Assembly (NCBI GenBank): GCA_025786725.1 | Contig: JAHLTZ010000065.1 | Coordinates: forward strand, 1-64,000 | Length of the DNA: 64,000 bases | Direction of reading: 5' to 3' | Origin: Syncephalis fuscata S228 | Taxonomy: Eukaryota > Fungi > Zoopagomycota | Shown: piece by piece, positions 39,110-53,291 of the stretch | How positions within the stretch are numbered: the stretch's first letter is position 1 | Layout: the number at the start of each line of letters is the position of its first letter | Translations under genes and position numbers: made by a program | The notes under the pieces: model-generated | The model's input: only the letters and a program-made list of their open reading frames with translations | What the model was told of the DNA's origin: nothing | The model's database searches: none

Positions 39110-40910
39110 TTAAAGTCTTAGCATGTCTTTTTTAGAGCCTTGACATTTTTTTTCAAAGTTTTTTTGTATGATAGACCATGTTTGTATTCCCAGAGCACGG
39201 AAACTAAATTTGTCTGCTTCACTTTCACTTGGCATTCTTATATCGAGCATGTAGAGCAAAGCGATGGAGCGCATAGTAGGGCCGATAACTTTGAAAATAA
39301 TGCGGATGATTGCAATGGACATATGCCCATTCCATGAATCATCCAACATAAAAGTATTTGATGCACAGGAAGAAAGAAATCCTACAAAGCATGCCAAAGA
39401 AATCCGGCTTAACTAAACAATAGTAGATAGTCAGCAAAATGCCATAGAAGGTAGCAATATTGCTTACACGAAACAATGCCTTTTCGGATGCTGGATTTGA
39501 ATTATAGCTACGCTTCTTAATATAAAACATTATACCTAATAATAAAATAACAGTTTATAAGACTATTGAATAACGACAATTACCAACTTACTGAAATAAA
39601 GGAAAATAACTGATCCTGTGATTTCTAGGCTTACGATGGTGTATCGACACACAATTCGTAACTTTTGAAAAAGGTCGCTTGGCTTTACAAAGTGGTTTAT
39701 AAATTTAACGAAATAAGCAAAGGTTTGTAGGAATAGACACAAACAGATCACCATACGAAGATAGTTGATACGGCTGGTCAGCTGGACAGCCTCTTGGATC
39801 GTACACCTATTGTCAATGAGTTGGTATTGCTGTCGAATTATATTGTCTCTTCACTATACCAGATCAAAAGTACAAGGTAGAATGCAATTGTAAACAAAAT
39901 AGATCCTACTTCATAGAATGAATGGCTAACAATAGTTGTGGTGTTCATTGGTAAAAACGTGGAAATGCCTAGTATTTATATTAATAAGACAAATAAATAT
40001 TTATGCTGTGCTTACATATAGCTGATAGTATTCCAATAACAAATATACATGTGCGAATTTCAGACCGAAATCTCCTGGTGGCCATCAAATGTATAATGCT
40101 ACCTATAGACCGAAATATAAAAAATACATTAATGACAAAGAGCGTCCAGATAAATGTTTGATATCCGACGGAGAAAATAATATCATTCCATGGCCCTCCT
40201 TCTAGATATATTTCAGTTTTGTTAATTGATTTATTTTATTAAGCGTGTATAGTATCATCTCACCTTGTTGTACTTCCACCATCAATGGTGCCGTTAATTG
40301 AGATAAGACCGGCTGTATGGTTTTAAAACAGTCCTGGGGTAGCAGTGCAGTGGGAAGGGTATATTTATTGTCAGGAATGTTTGGGCTATGTGACGTATAA
40401 TCCGTAGTATGTGGTCCGCCAGATGTTCCTTCAACATTTTCGGTAAGTCCGTAGACAACAACACTGTTTGATGGCCTATCACTATTTAGCAGCCACTTGC
40501 TGTAATCGACAGCCGCTTCACATGCCTATAGTACAAAGTTAGCACAAATGTTCTTGGTGGTGCCTTTATATTGATACTTGCCTGTGACACGGTTTGGCAG
40601 CCACCACTTTGAGCAGACGACTCAGTAATTAATACGATCAAAGACGTATGGTTTGCCAAATGACCTTTCAACAAGTCTTTCCAAAATGGTGGCTTTGTTT
40701 GATTCAGTGTGCATGGTTTATCTTGTTTATAAGTGGGTGCTACTAAAACACCAGTAATATAGAATGGGTCAATATGTACAGAAAATGGATCATAGGTTGG
40801 GCACGAGTATGATGTCGTATTGTCGGTGTTAAATTTAAATAATGCATCAGTGGACTGCACAACAACAGCCAGTAGCGAAAAAGTAAACAGTGTAACTGTA
40901 TGACCAGCAT
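39110..40910 (-). CDS. PA-like + multi-pass receptor-like protein, paralogue B
   Basis: CPTYDPFSVHIDPFYITGVLV, GGPH, GGPWND, and TM exons with the same layout as paralogue A. One apparent homopolymer frameshift in the signal peptide. Confidence 0.68.
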
Positions 40911-41820
40911 AGTATTTGCTACACGTTGTAAATTAAGTTATTACGACAATCAATAGTACTAATAATAGTGAACCACTTAAATCAAGATTGGTGTGTGTGT
41001 GCGTAGCTGGTTGATGTTTTGCTTGGTGTCATATAAATAAGAAAACTTTGCATTTAGCTATTAAAAGTAAGAAAATTAACTAGAGTAAAAAAGTACAAAC
41101 GAAAAAGACAATAGTGTTTAACTAAATGTCATGTGTTCAATTGCTCGGCTGTTATGAACAAATATCAACTAGCATGGGGAATTGGATTAACCGCCTAAAC
41201 TAGCGAATTAAGATTAAGATATTGTGGAGCAATCAAGTAAACTAATATTTGTAGGCGCTTTTACATGACATGCGATAAATAAACACATGATCCTCGAATA
41301 CCGGTATTGTCGTTTATGCAGCCACATAACGGGATTCGTTTCAACCACTCCAATGACCTTTGTTTCATGCAGCAAATTCAACTAGATATCAGGCATTTGA
41401 CCTTGTAGAGAATAGGCGGTCTGTTACATTGATTCAAATTAATAGTGGCTAGTCAATACTATAGGAGAAAACATACTATAATAGCTGCTAACGTAACATA
41501 CAATATAGACACTGTACTACTTGAGTGACTCGTTTGTCCAAATCATTTGAGCACAAAATACCATTGTTATACAATAGTAAAGGTCGCTTTGAATGACGTA
41601 CTCAGATACTTTTAGCATTGTTGCCAGTAGATGAGCATCAATGAATGATGCAAGTAACATGTATCATGCTGGTTTCACTGCATCCCTATATTACATGCTG
41701 CATGCGTAAAGCGGTTAAAACACGCTGCACTACTGTTTTATGAATAATTCAGGTGATTGAAAATAGACATTTACTGAAAACTACAACTGTGTAATAGCTA
41801 TATAATAACGGACACATAAT

Positions 41821-43694
41821 TTATTGCACAGATGATGGTTTTAAATATGTAGATGGGTGTTTTAAACCCAGGGATTGTAGGAAATATTTGAAAATATTAG
41901 ACAGCCTTATGGCATCACTGTCCTCTTCACTGGGCATACGGATGCCTACTATGTAGAGTAGAATCCCTGAACATACAGTGGACAGCAGACTATCTATAAC
42001 CAATCGGGTAAAGTGGCTATAAACTTCATAGTTCATTGCAGTATACCTGCCGATGATTTGGTTAATAAGCTCAAGTAGCATGACCGCAAAAGATGCAGCG
42101 GATATGTTGCTTAGCTGCATCATCAATACCATTAAAAGTTAGAATAGATGTCATCTGTGCACAATAACACTAACCTTGGTCAGTGATTTAAACGAATCCT
42201 GGTTAATAATATACTCTTCTCGCACATCATAAAAATATATTCCTATATTTAATATATAAATTAAATTATACTATGCGTGTTTTAACTCTCTTACCGTAAT
42301 ATAAGAATATTAACGCAATGCATGATTGCAAAAACATTAAAATCTTAAAGGCTACTTCAATATAGGCCATTTCATATTTTGATTCAAAGAAGTGTAAAAT
42401 AAATATAGCAACCACTATAATTGCTTGCATGGAAAAGACAACGTGCGATATAATCTTGAGTGCATTGGTTCGGCGTTCCATTTGAATAACTGCTTCTATT
42501 GAGGACCTGTAGAACAACTAAGTATCACATGGAATTATAGGCATCTGTTTATAATCTTACCATACTGTCAATAATATGTAAAATGCCACATTAAAAGAAA
42601 ATTTACTAATCAAAACGGCAAGTTCTCGTATAAAACTTCTTTGTTCTGCCATGGAATGCACGATTATACCTAGAAATAAGTTAGCATTTTAGCCATGCAT
42701 TCATTAGTTCGTTTATACTTACAAATGACATATAAAATGGCGATAGTAAATAGAAATGTGCGTATATTTAGCCGGACTTTGCCATACAATACAGTAACAG
42801 CAAAATCAAATAATGCTTTAAAGATAAAACATACGTTGAACACAGCAAATGTCCAAATAAATATTTGATATTTTGTTGAAAAAATAAGATCATTCCATGG
42901 TCCTGCCTCTATAATATACATATGCTTATGTGTTAGTACTTATATATACCCATACCCATACCATTAAAGGGAAAAACAAAACTAAATATATTTTACCTTG
43001 GATAACCGTTAATATGGGTAGTTTGTCTGTTACATCTAACCATTCTAGCAATACGTTACGTCCGGAAAGTGGCAATAATGAAATGCGTATTTTGCGGTTT
43101 TCAGGCGGTAGTGGGATAGTATTGGATGCATATGGTACTGAATACGGGCCACCTGGATCACCGGTAATATTATTGCGTAACAAATAGAGCGATGCTTGTA
43201 TAGGTGCTGCCACGTTTGTGTTGTACCACTCGCTATATTCAGCAATAGCATGAGCCGTCTACATCCATATCCATATAAAAATTAACAACACAGACTAACG
43301 TGCACTTGTTCATTATATCTTACATGGCCCACTGTTTTGCATTTCGCTTCTTTACTTTCAAGTTGATCCACTACTAGAATAGAGGCTGAAATATTATAAA
43401 TAGACAAGTTACGTATATTATTGGAAATGACTGATAAATCCTCAACAAAGCTACATGAGCTATGTTTATCAAATTTGGGCTTTAAATTAGACCAGTAACA
43501 TTGTAGGGCTTCATTTGAACATTAAATGGATCATACGAATTATAGTAATGTGTATGATTGGAATGAGTAAAGCTAATCAATCCATCAATTGATTGAATTA
43601 GAAATATTAAAATAAACAATATGCTATAATGCCTAGTAGTAGTAGTAGTTGTTGTTGTTGTTGTGATATTGATGATGGTGGGTAATCGAACCAT
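41821..43694 (-). CDS. PA-like + multi-pass receptor-like protein, paralogue C
   Basis: YNSYDPFNVQMKPYNVTGL, PGGPYSVPY, AGPWNDLIFS..YQIFIW, C-terminal GIRMPSE shared with B. One apparent frameshift near 43483. Confidence 0.68.
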
Positions 43695-44143
43695 GCTGTG
43701 CAATGAATGTAATGTTGTTTTTAATCGATCATCGATCAACGACGACGAATACAAGAATGCAAAAATGGAAAAATAGCAAACAATGTAAATGTTTAAACAG
43801 TGCTTTATTTAAAAGGTAGTGGCACTCAACGCGTGTGTGCATGTGTGTATATACGGAGTAATACTGAGAAACAATTATTTCCATTTTGCATCACTATGTT
43901 TAGAATAACTTGAATCTACACAAGCAACAAGTTTAGTAGATTGACCCTTTAGTACTGGTTTTTAAAACATCTATTTTTTACTTGTCATTGTTTTAAAAAT
44001 AATTTTCTATTAGAAGCTTACTATCAAACAACGTTTAGCTATTATATTTGAATAATTAACCGTTATTTTAATGATTGCTGTATACATTAATAGCTGATTT
44101 TTATAATTTAATCATTGTTTTATTTACTTTTCTAAAAGCAAAA

Positions 44144-47100
44144 CTAGTCTATGTGCTTTTCAGATGGCGTAGTTAGTGTCTCCCATGAACGTAGTTGCCA
44201 TGCGTCAGGCTCAACTAGACCGAGTAGAGGCGGTATCTGCTCGTACCATTCAACTGGGACGCCACGAACACCTTGTTTTACGTTATGCGGCAATTCATCC
44301 CAATCTGGCTGATTGCCCGCGGGAAAGATAACCGTATCAACACCGCTACGTTTCGCGGCAATGGTCTTCTCCTTAAGGCCACCAATCTTCAACACCTTAC
44401 CGGTAAGTGTTAGTTCACCGGTCATAGCAATGGTGGGCGGCAGTGGCTTATCCAGTGCTAGTGATAGCAGCGAAGAAGCCATAGTAATACCCGCCGATGG
44501 ACCTACAAAACAAATAAACTACTTAGTATACCACGCTACTCAATAGCAATTCTACTGCTTACCATCTTTGGGTGTTGCACCTTCGGGTACGTGTAAATGA
44601 ATTGATGCCCGTTCAAAAAAGTTATTTTCTGGAAAACGGCGAATCATTAAATTCTTTACGAATGTATAAGCAATAGTACTGGATTCGCGCATCACATCGC
44701 CCATCTGTCCTGTCTTGGCCAGTCCAGGCTTATTATCGAGCGCGGTCAGTGCTGTCTCCAGGACCGATTCAATATAGAGCACCGAACCACCCATACTTGT
44801 CCAAGCTAGACCCATAACGACACCAGGCGGTGTTTTATCATACAGTCGATCTGATGTAAATAATGGCGGTCCTACGTAATCTTTAATATTGTCACTTGTA
44901 ATTCTTTGGTGCACGGAACTCGGTACGGCCATCGGTGCCGATTTAGTCGTCTCTTTGCCACTTCCTTTCGCTGTTTCTTCAGATGAAGGTAGCTCGACGC
45001 TGTGATCTTTAACAATCTGCAGTGCTGCTTTGCGGTATACTTTCTCAATGTGCTTTTTAAGATTACGTACACCACTTTCACGACAATAGGCTCTAATAAG
45101 TGTATCGATTGCATCGGGTGTCAATTCAACATCGACATTAGCTAGACCGGCCGATTCACGCGCCACTGGTGCCAAATACTTTTCCGCAATGGCTGCCTTC
45201 TCTTGGGCAATATAGCCAGACAATTGAATTACCTCCATACGATCGAGTAATGGACCAGGAATAGTATCAAGTACATTGGCGGTACAAACGAATAGCACGC
45301 GTGATAAATCAATAGGTACATCCATATAATGATCCATAAAAGCGTCATTCTGTTCAGGATCTAGCATTTCCAGCAGTGCCGATGCCGGATCGCCTTGATG
45401 TCCTCTACCAATTTTATCCACTATAAATCACCAATTAACATTTATATATATATATTAATATCTGTCTTTACCTTCATCAATTAAAATTAACGGATTTTCT
45501 GTCTGTACTTTCTTAAGTGCTTGTACTGCTTTGCCGGGCATAGCACCAACATAAGTACGCCTGTGACCTTTAATCTCGGCCACATCAGTAAGACCACCAA
45601 CGCTAAATCGATAAAACTCGCGTGATAGTGCCCGTGCCACCGATTTACCAATTGACGTCTTACCCACACCAGGTGGACCAACCAAACAAAGTATTTTGCC
45701 TTGTACAGTACCACGTAACTTGCCAACCGCAATAAATTCCAAAATACGATCTTTCACATCCTTTAATCCATAATGATCCTCGTCGAGCACTTGTACTGCA
45801 TGCGGTATAGAAAAGTTCTCTGGATTACGCTGTCCCCATGGCACTTGAGTAATCCAATCAAGGTAGTTACGCGTCACATTAAATTCAGAGGACACTGGTT
45901 CTAGTTGAGCCAGTTTGGCCATTTCTTCATCAAATACTTTACTGACAGCTTCGGGCATCGCCAATTTACTCGCCCGCTCACGGAATCCTTCCAGCAATTT
46001 ATCCTTGCCATCCGACTCGAGTCCCAATTCCTTTTTGATGCCTTTAAGCTGTTCCATTAAATAGTATTCACGTTGTCGTTTCTGTATCTTCTGTTCAACT
46101 TCCTTGCTGATTTTACTTTGCAGTTGCGCATTAAGTAGTTCCTTCTTCAGCACCGTTAACGACTTTTCCATACGCGATTCAATCACTGGACTTTCTAGAA
46201 TAGATTGCAACTCGGCCGGCTCACCCGCTGATACCGCCGCCGCAAAATCTGCCAATCTGCCTGGCTCTTCAAATATATTGGCCGCAGATTGTGACATACT
46301 AAAACTAGCAATCTGATCTCTAAATAGCGGATTGAGTGTAGCAATATCTTTAAATACTGTCACAATCTCTGATGTAATGGCCCGTATTACTGGATTACGT
46401 CGATTATATGGTTCATCGTGTATATTCATCACATTAGCCACTGTCACATCATAATCACGTAATAGAATATCTGGTGAAAATGGATGCGGTGTTGTACCTT
46501 CTCCTTCTCCTTCTCCTCCTTCTTCCTTTTTAACTTCAGATACCATTAATTCATCATTGGTTGTTGTTGTTGTATCATCTGCTTTAATAGTCGCAGTGGG
46601 TATCAATTCTCCTTCTCCTTCAGTCACTATAGGTGTTGACTTTTTAACATCTTTATCTAAATTAAAATGTGACTGATTCAATTCAGTAATACGAATACGT
46701 CGATGTGGATAAATCACCATCGTCATAGCATCGTCATCTTCAGTACTACTACCACTTCCATCCGAGTCTTCATTCTTATGTTCAGTTGAACTACCACCAG
46801 TACTACTCGTTGAAGGGGGCATTAGACTAGTAATTTGAGCAAATACACCCACTCTATGGATCTGATTAATATCGGTCACTACATCCACATCTGCTTCATC
46901 TTCACGAAGTAGAAATGCCCCAATATATGGCTGTCCCCGTTGCATCAATTCCTTTACCGCTGCCTGTACCGCTTTATTACGAATCACTACAGCTTTATAG
47001 AATCCAGGAAATAGTGGTCGACCTGTGACGGGCAGTGCCAATACACGTGGATATTCTTCTGGTACCGTTGGACGGCGTAGCGTAGTTTCCAATACATCAA

Positions 47101-47524
47101 CCACGCGTTGAAGTGACTCTACTGGTGAATCGTCATCACTTTTACCGCCTTTCTTTCCACTATTATCGCCATCATTATTGCCATTCTCTCCTGAAGAAGG
47201 CGGTGCCGAAGAAGAAGAAGAAGAGCCAGCAGGTGGCTTATCGTCGGAATCGTCTTTATTCTTGGCCCAGTAATCTGGTCGATTAATTGCTGCATTGGCA
47301 TTGAGGGCAAGTATATCTTGCGGTATCAACGAGTGAGGTATTGTAGTTATGCCGCGTATTGAAGGTGCAAGACTGGCTGGTCGACGGGTCATCGTCGCTA
47401 TCCTATTTAGATCATTATAATGTTTATAGGTATAACGAAATGTGGACTGGTTAAAAGATCGCCTATAGATCTGACCTGTTTGTAATAGTCGCTCTCGCGA
47501 TCTATACAGTGCTCGAGTAATCAT
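44144..47524 (-). CDS. PIM1: Mitochondrial Lon protease
   Basis: [27 protein letters not shown], Walker [15 protein letters not shown]|[17 protein letters not shown]|[25 protein letters not shown]. Two introns. The start codon is taken as [10 protein letters not shown] (presequence-like). Confidence 0.97.
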
Positions 47525-47886
47525 ACTAATGGGCCCGATGCCTTGTAACCATACAAGTGGCGTAATACCAGTACAAAGATAGTCGATGGAATCAAGGTAA
47601 TAATTGCGCGAAAGGGTGAAAGTCAAATAAAAGAATACGGCTTGAATATGACGACATAATTCGGGAAAGTTAAATCAATGGATATTCCAAATTAAGTAAC
47701 TATAATTAATATTAATTAATTAATTAAATAATTTGTTATAAGTAATGTGTATTTTATTCTACCCATAACACACTGATTAAATAAAAGATAGAAATGATTC
47801 AACAAAAGTGATGGGGTTTATTTAATGCACTGTTAATTGTATGTGTATAATAATAATAATAAAAAGTAATGGTATGGTAATAGTAT

Positions 47887-50800
47887 TAGAAAACATTGAC
47901 TAGGTTGTGCATTAACTGTTCAAGACGCTAAAGTAATAATAATCAGTCATTAGTCATTATATCTATCTATCTATCTAATACTCATTCGACTTACCTGGTC
48001 GAGTGATGACAGTGTATCGGCATTACGTGCAAATAGATTGGCTACACGTCGACCTGCATTCTCGGCTTGAACTTGTGTGCGTTCATCAGCAGTGGCTGGA
48101 TGAGTTAATCTTAGTAAATCGGCAAATCCACCGGTACCAAAGAGTGCATTCTCCGCCAATGATGGCAATACCGGTGATCCAGCAGCCGGTGTCGTATGCG
48201 CTGTACTAATCGATCGGGTCGATGATAAGTAACTATCGGCTGAATCAGCTCTATCTGCCACCATTGTAGCCGCTACAGCTGCAGACACTGCTGTTGCTGT
48301 TGCTGTTGTAGCAATGTTGGCCGTATTAATAGTAGTAGGTGTGGTCGGCGAAGTAGCACCATCGATACTACTTACACCACCAATACCACTAATACCACTA
48401 ATAGATGGTGGCCCTCCTCTACTAGGGAAGGGATCGGTGAAACTGCGTTCTCTAGATACTATCACGGTGGGCGAACTACTACCAGAGGGGGCAGTTGTGG
48501 TGATAGTGGCCTTGACTAGCACTAGAGGCTCTACGGGCGGCCATTAAAGCAGCCGGTGGTGGTGCAGTAGGTGGGGCAATACCACCAAATACATTTCTCA
48601 CTGCCGATGATACATCAGGTCGCCGTCCACCGGCCAATTGAGAAGTACGACGTGATACGATACCATCATCAGAAGTAGAGATGGCCAATTTAGGTGATCC
48701 AAGGGCAATAGCATCATTAATAGATAGGCTAACTCTTTTACTATTGCCACTGCTACCACTGCCCCCATCATCACTGGCAAAACTAAGTCGCTTTACTTGG
48801 GCATAAGCCCTTTGTGTATCCGGATCAGAGCCAATAGAGTCACGACAGGATGAATACCGATCACTGCCTGTATCCGATCCAATAACCCAGCTATCAACTC
48901 TAGGTGTTGTTTTACGTGCTGTACGGGTCTGTGTTGCATCATCGTCTGAATAGTCGGCTGGTTGATCAAATGTCTCTTCGTCATATTGATCATATTGATC
49001 ATACAAATCCATCATATCAACATCATCAGGATTATTAGAAATGCGTCGTTGTATCGGTTTAGTAATAGTAATATTTTGTTGTTGTTATTATTGTTATTGC
49101 CGTCATTGTTGTTATTAGTGGCTTGTAAACTTGTTCGTTTACCTTGTATACTCGTTCGTTTACCACCGGCACTTAATCGCTTTTCACTCTTGGGTGTAAT
49201 AGGTGGCGGTGCTTGTGATATCGAAGATCGACGGCTATTACTGGCTGAATTGGGCAGACCAGTACCATTAACTGTAATCTGTGGTACATTCACTGATACT
49301 GTATCTGTACCAGTAGTAGTAACACTATTATTACTATTCTGTGGTGATAAAGCAACACCGAAACGATACGTATAAACACCACTGCCTCCTCTTAATACAA
49401 AAAGGCATTCTCTTCCCGTCCTGTATTACATCCATCACACAAGTATTCGGGGGCATTGGCTCATCTGTTATAACACATCATTAATACCAATAACACTAGT
49501 ATAGTCTATCGCTTACTTTGATGATTGTGGGATAGTATGACGTGGAAATTACCCGTATCTTGTAAAGAGAATTGCTGTTGCGCTAGATTGGCCAAATCAG
49601 CTATAGTAGAGGCCGTCTCTACACCAATGACTTCAAATATCTCTCGTGATCGATCGTCTTCATTGGCTAGTGCAACACCACCATGTTCATTATTAATAAC
49701 ATGGGCCACTACTTTAACAAATATTGCTTCAGATACAGTACGTGGTGTATCGGCCGCAGGTGTGGTTGGGTGTCGATGTAAGTAGAATCTAAATATATCA
49801 TCATGACCTGTATGATCGTGTACATCCTGTTCCGTCAATCCCATTTGATGTATAATGCCACTAATAGATGCTGTAGATGATCTCATACCACCACCACTTA
49901 ATCGTTTAACAGTAGCAAGTGACTGAGATCTAACAAGTTGAAGTACAGCAATTGGATGATCCTCGTCATTCAATCGATAATCACCTAAATAGATATTAGT
50001 ATCCATTGTATGATTAATTGGTTAGTTATTGGTTAATAGACCTACCCGATCCTTGGGTGACAATACTGATGTAGTAGTCACTATATTGTTGATCCTCTAG
50101 TTTGAATCGACGTACTGCCTGTCGTACCATGGCGGCTGCGGTGGTCTTGTCAGTGACAACAACATTCTTATAGGGGGGTGCTAGAGGTAGATTGCCGGCA
50201 AACACACGTAATACACACGCTGATGGATATTCAGCCATTTGTGGTGATAATGCATCAACATAGTCACCATAGGGATCAAATGACGCATTACTGTCTAGTT
50301 CAGATTCTGTCCAGGAAAGCGGTGTTGATACTTGTTCATCATCGTTATTTGGATCATAACTGCCACTCATTTGATCCTTTAATGAATCATCAGAGACACG
50401 TTTATTACGACGTGACCAATCTCGTCGTTTAAGTCCCTTCTCTTCTTGTTCATTCTGTCCAGCCATTGTATCTTCATCGCCACTCAACAATACCTCTTCA
50501 TTCTCTGGATCTTCTTCACCTGTTTCCAGTGGATCTGAACTGTAAATCTCTAGTTCATCTTCACTATCGGCATCTTTAATAAATTCAGTAACTTGGGCCA
50601 GTTGCGCATTAAACTTAACGCTTAAGCCACGAGGGGCCCGTCCACGCCGACCACCACCGGCAGCTGATGGATGCGAGTCATCTTTACTAGGCAGTAGTAG
50701 TTTGACATTACGGCTACGATTGAGACGCGATAGTCGTTCATAAGGTGTTTCTATATTCTCGGCTGGTATATAGCCTACTGCGCCATCATCCTCTGTACGG

Positions 50801-51414
50801 ACTAGCCACCAATACGTATTACTGTCATCAAGTAGCTGCAACCGTGTATCACGCCGTACAGTTAACTGTCCTTCTTGGGTGGCATCAAATCGATAGAGGG
50901 CATACACATGATCGAAGCTAATATCTTCATCCGGTGTCTTGGGTGTAGATAGACCGGATTCTTCTCCAGAGTCATCAAAGTCCTCTGCCAAATCACCTTC
51001 TTCATCGTATAATTCCATATCATCCTCTTCTGATGGATATGATTCATCCATATCAGAATGATCATTGTAAGCATGTCTACTGCTATCGTCGGTGTCATCG
51101 GCATAATAGGCCTGATGTACACCAGTATCCTCTAGTTCATAGTAGCCTTGATCCATGGTGGGTGTATTAAGGCCGTCATCCTCGATATTGCTATTATGAT
51201 TTGTATAGGCCGTATGCGATTGTGATTGCACGTCAAGTGTTTGAATAGAGACCCGTGCAGGCTGTATAGTCACTTGATTGACTGATTGTTGCATATTATG
51301 CTCTCGTTCAAGTTGTTGTTGACGGACAACGCGTGCATTCTCTTTGGCGGGTCGTTTGCGTGATGCAGACGCTGCCGCCGTATCAATAGTCAGATTGGGC
51401 CGACGAGCCATCAT
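47887..51414 (-). CDS. Tea4/Bud14-like polarity protein (SH3 + RA-like domains)
   Basis: DEDISFDHVYALYRFDATQEGQL...LLDDSNTYWWLVR...GYIPAENIETPYERLSRLN, SVKF (RVxF-like), VLRVFAGN RA-like domain. The 3' end is approximate. Confidence 0.85.
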
Positions 51415-51998
51415 TGTGCACCAACACTATTACAACTATGACGACAATTCACCCTAACAATCCACTGGCCCGTAAAACTATGTATAGATAGGTGTATATA
51501 TGTATATATGTATATATATATAAAAAGTAGTAGCTATCAGGCGTGGTACAAGTAACTAGGTGGTAATAGTGAATAGTGTAAAGTATTGAAAGAGATGAAG
51601 CGGTAGTTGAATAAAATGTCAAGGCAAAATTGAAACACACACATGTACAGTAACAAAACGGTAACACATGCACGGATAAGTAACAGAAACAAGTACAGCA
51701 ATGGATCTGTGTTGTTAAAGGCCACTTTGTCCTTATAAGACTTGTCTGTCTGTCTGTCTGTGTGTATGTGTGATATGTAACAGATAATAAAAATTTTAAT
51801 GAAGAAACAAAGGTGGCATCAAAAGTCACACCCGTGCTTTCAAGGAATGAGAAATAGGAATCGATAAATAGTATTGCAAAGTCCGCTGCCATGCCACATA
51901 AAGTATATTTATGCTAAATAGACTACAGTACCATTTAAAGGAGTACACTAACATTCAATTCCATTTATTTAATAAATATACAAATAGATTGTTTATAT

Positions 51999-52860
51999 TT
52001 AAGCGTTCATAATGGCTTGGCTTGTTTTCCATAGACGATAGATTCTTAAATGGTCTTGTATTTTCTCTTCTATGACTAACTCAACGGCAGTCAGTGCTGC
52101 CCATCGTTCAGCACATCGTCGTATCGATGCTGCATCCTCCCAATTAATAAAATATATATCATTGCCACTATTGTTGTTGTTGTTGTTCTTGGCTGTTACT
52201 GGTGATTTAGTAGATGAAACTTGCCTATACGGTACAACTGGTGACAATAGTTGTTGTTGCCATCGATGTTCATGCATGTAACCATTCACAATATTGTTTA
52301 TCCACTTACGTGCCACCTTGGGCCGTACACTAACAATACCTACCAGTTCCCTCTCCTCTTCTTCCACTATTACTTTCTCCTTCTGCTTGCCTATTTTGCC
52401 CCCTAATTGACCTGATCGTTGTGGCGGTGGTTGAGGTGGTGTGTTGCACCACTAATATTGCCATTACTACTGATGTGCTCTGTAGCTACGATGGACCAAT
52501 TTTGAGTATTGATTTGAATTTGTTGCATAGTAGCAATTTGTTGGCTTTGTTGTCGTCCAATACGGCGCAATTCACTAATTGTTTGTTCCAATTCAATCAT
52601 TTGGCGACCTACAAGTGTTTCTAGCGTATTGATCTGATCAAGTAGTAAAGATTGAGCAGTGTCTATGCTACTGCTAGTTTGAGCTAATAAGGTATTTTGG
52701 GACGTGTACCCAGTGTTGTTGTTGTTGTTTGTTGACAAGCGGTTCTAGTAATATAAAGTTGTTCGGCTATATTAGCTGCAGCGTTTAAACAGGCTATAGA
52801 TCGTTGGTGATCGCGGGCATAAGCATCACACTGACCTAGTAAATGAGCCAGTTGTTGCAT
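51999..52860 (-). CDS. Hypothetical coiled-coil protein (apparent frameshifts)
   Basis: Consecutive coding-like minus-strand ORFs 52403-52738 and 51999-52367, with upstream ATG at 52860. No recognisable motif. Confidence 0.45.
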
Positions 52861-53291
52861 CACAATACTACTGTTGGTGTCATTGTGTTTACCGTGTTTA
52901 AAGAAAGAAAGAAAAAAATAGTGTTAATTATTGCCTATAAATACTTACGTGATTATCTATTATACAGTGTATATATGTATGTACGCCTTTGATATATATA
53001 ATCAAAATACTAGGCCAATGGAAATAAGTCTATTTATTAATTACTTACTTTAATAGACACATATTAATTGTTCAAATGCCATTTATATAGTCAGATTGAT
53101 TATAAAAAAGTTATTGTTTAATAAGCGACTTTTATAATAATTATATTAAATTTATTTTTATTTTATTCATTTATTCTATTAAACCAAATATTCAATCTAT
53201 TGAACATAAGGACAAGTGGCAAGTTTATTAATCATTACATCGTTACATTATAGTATGATTTGAAGTCAAATGACTAACATCTAATAACATC

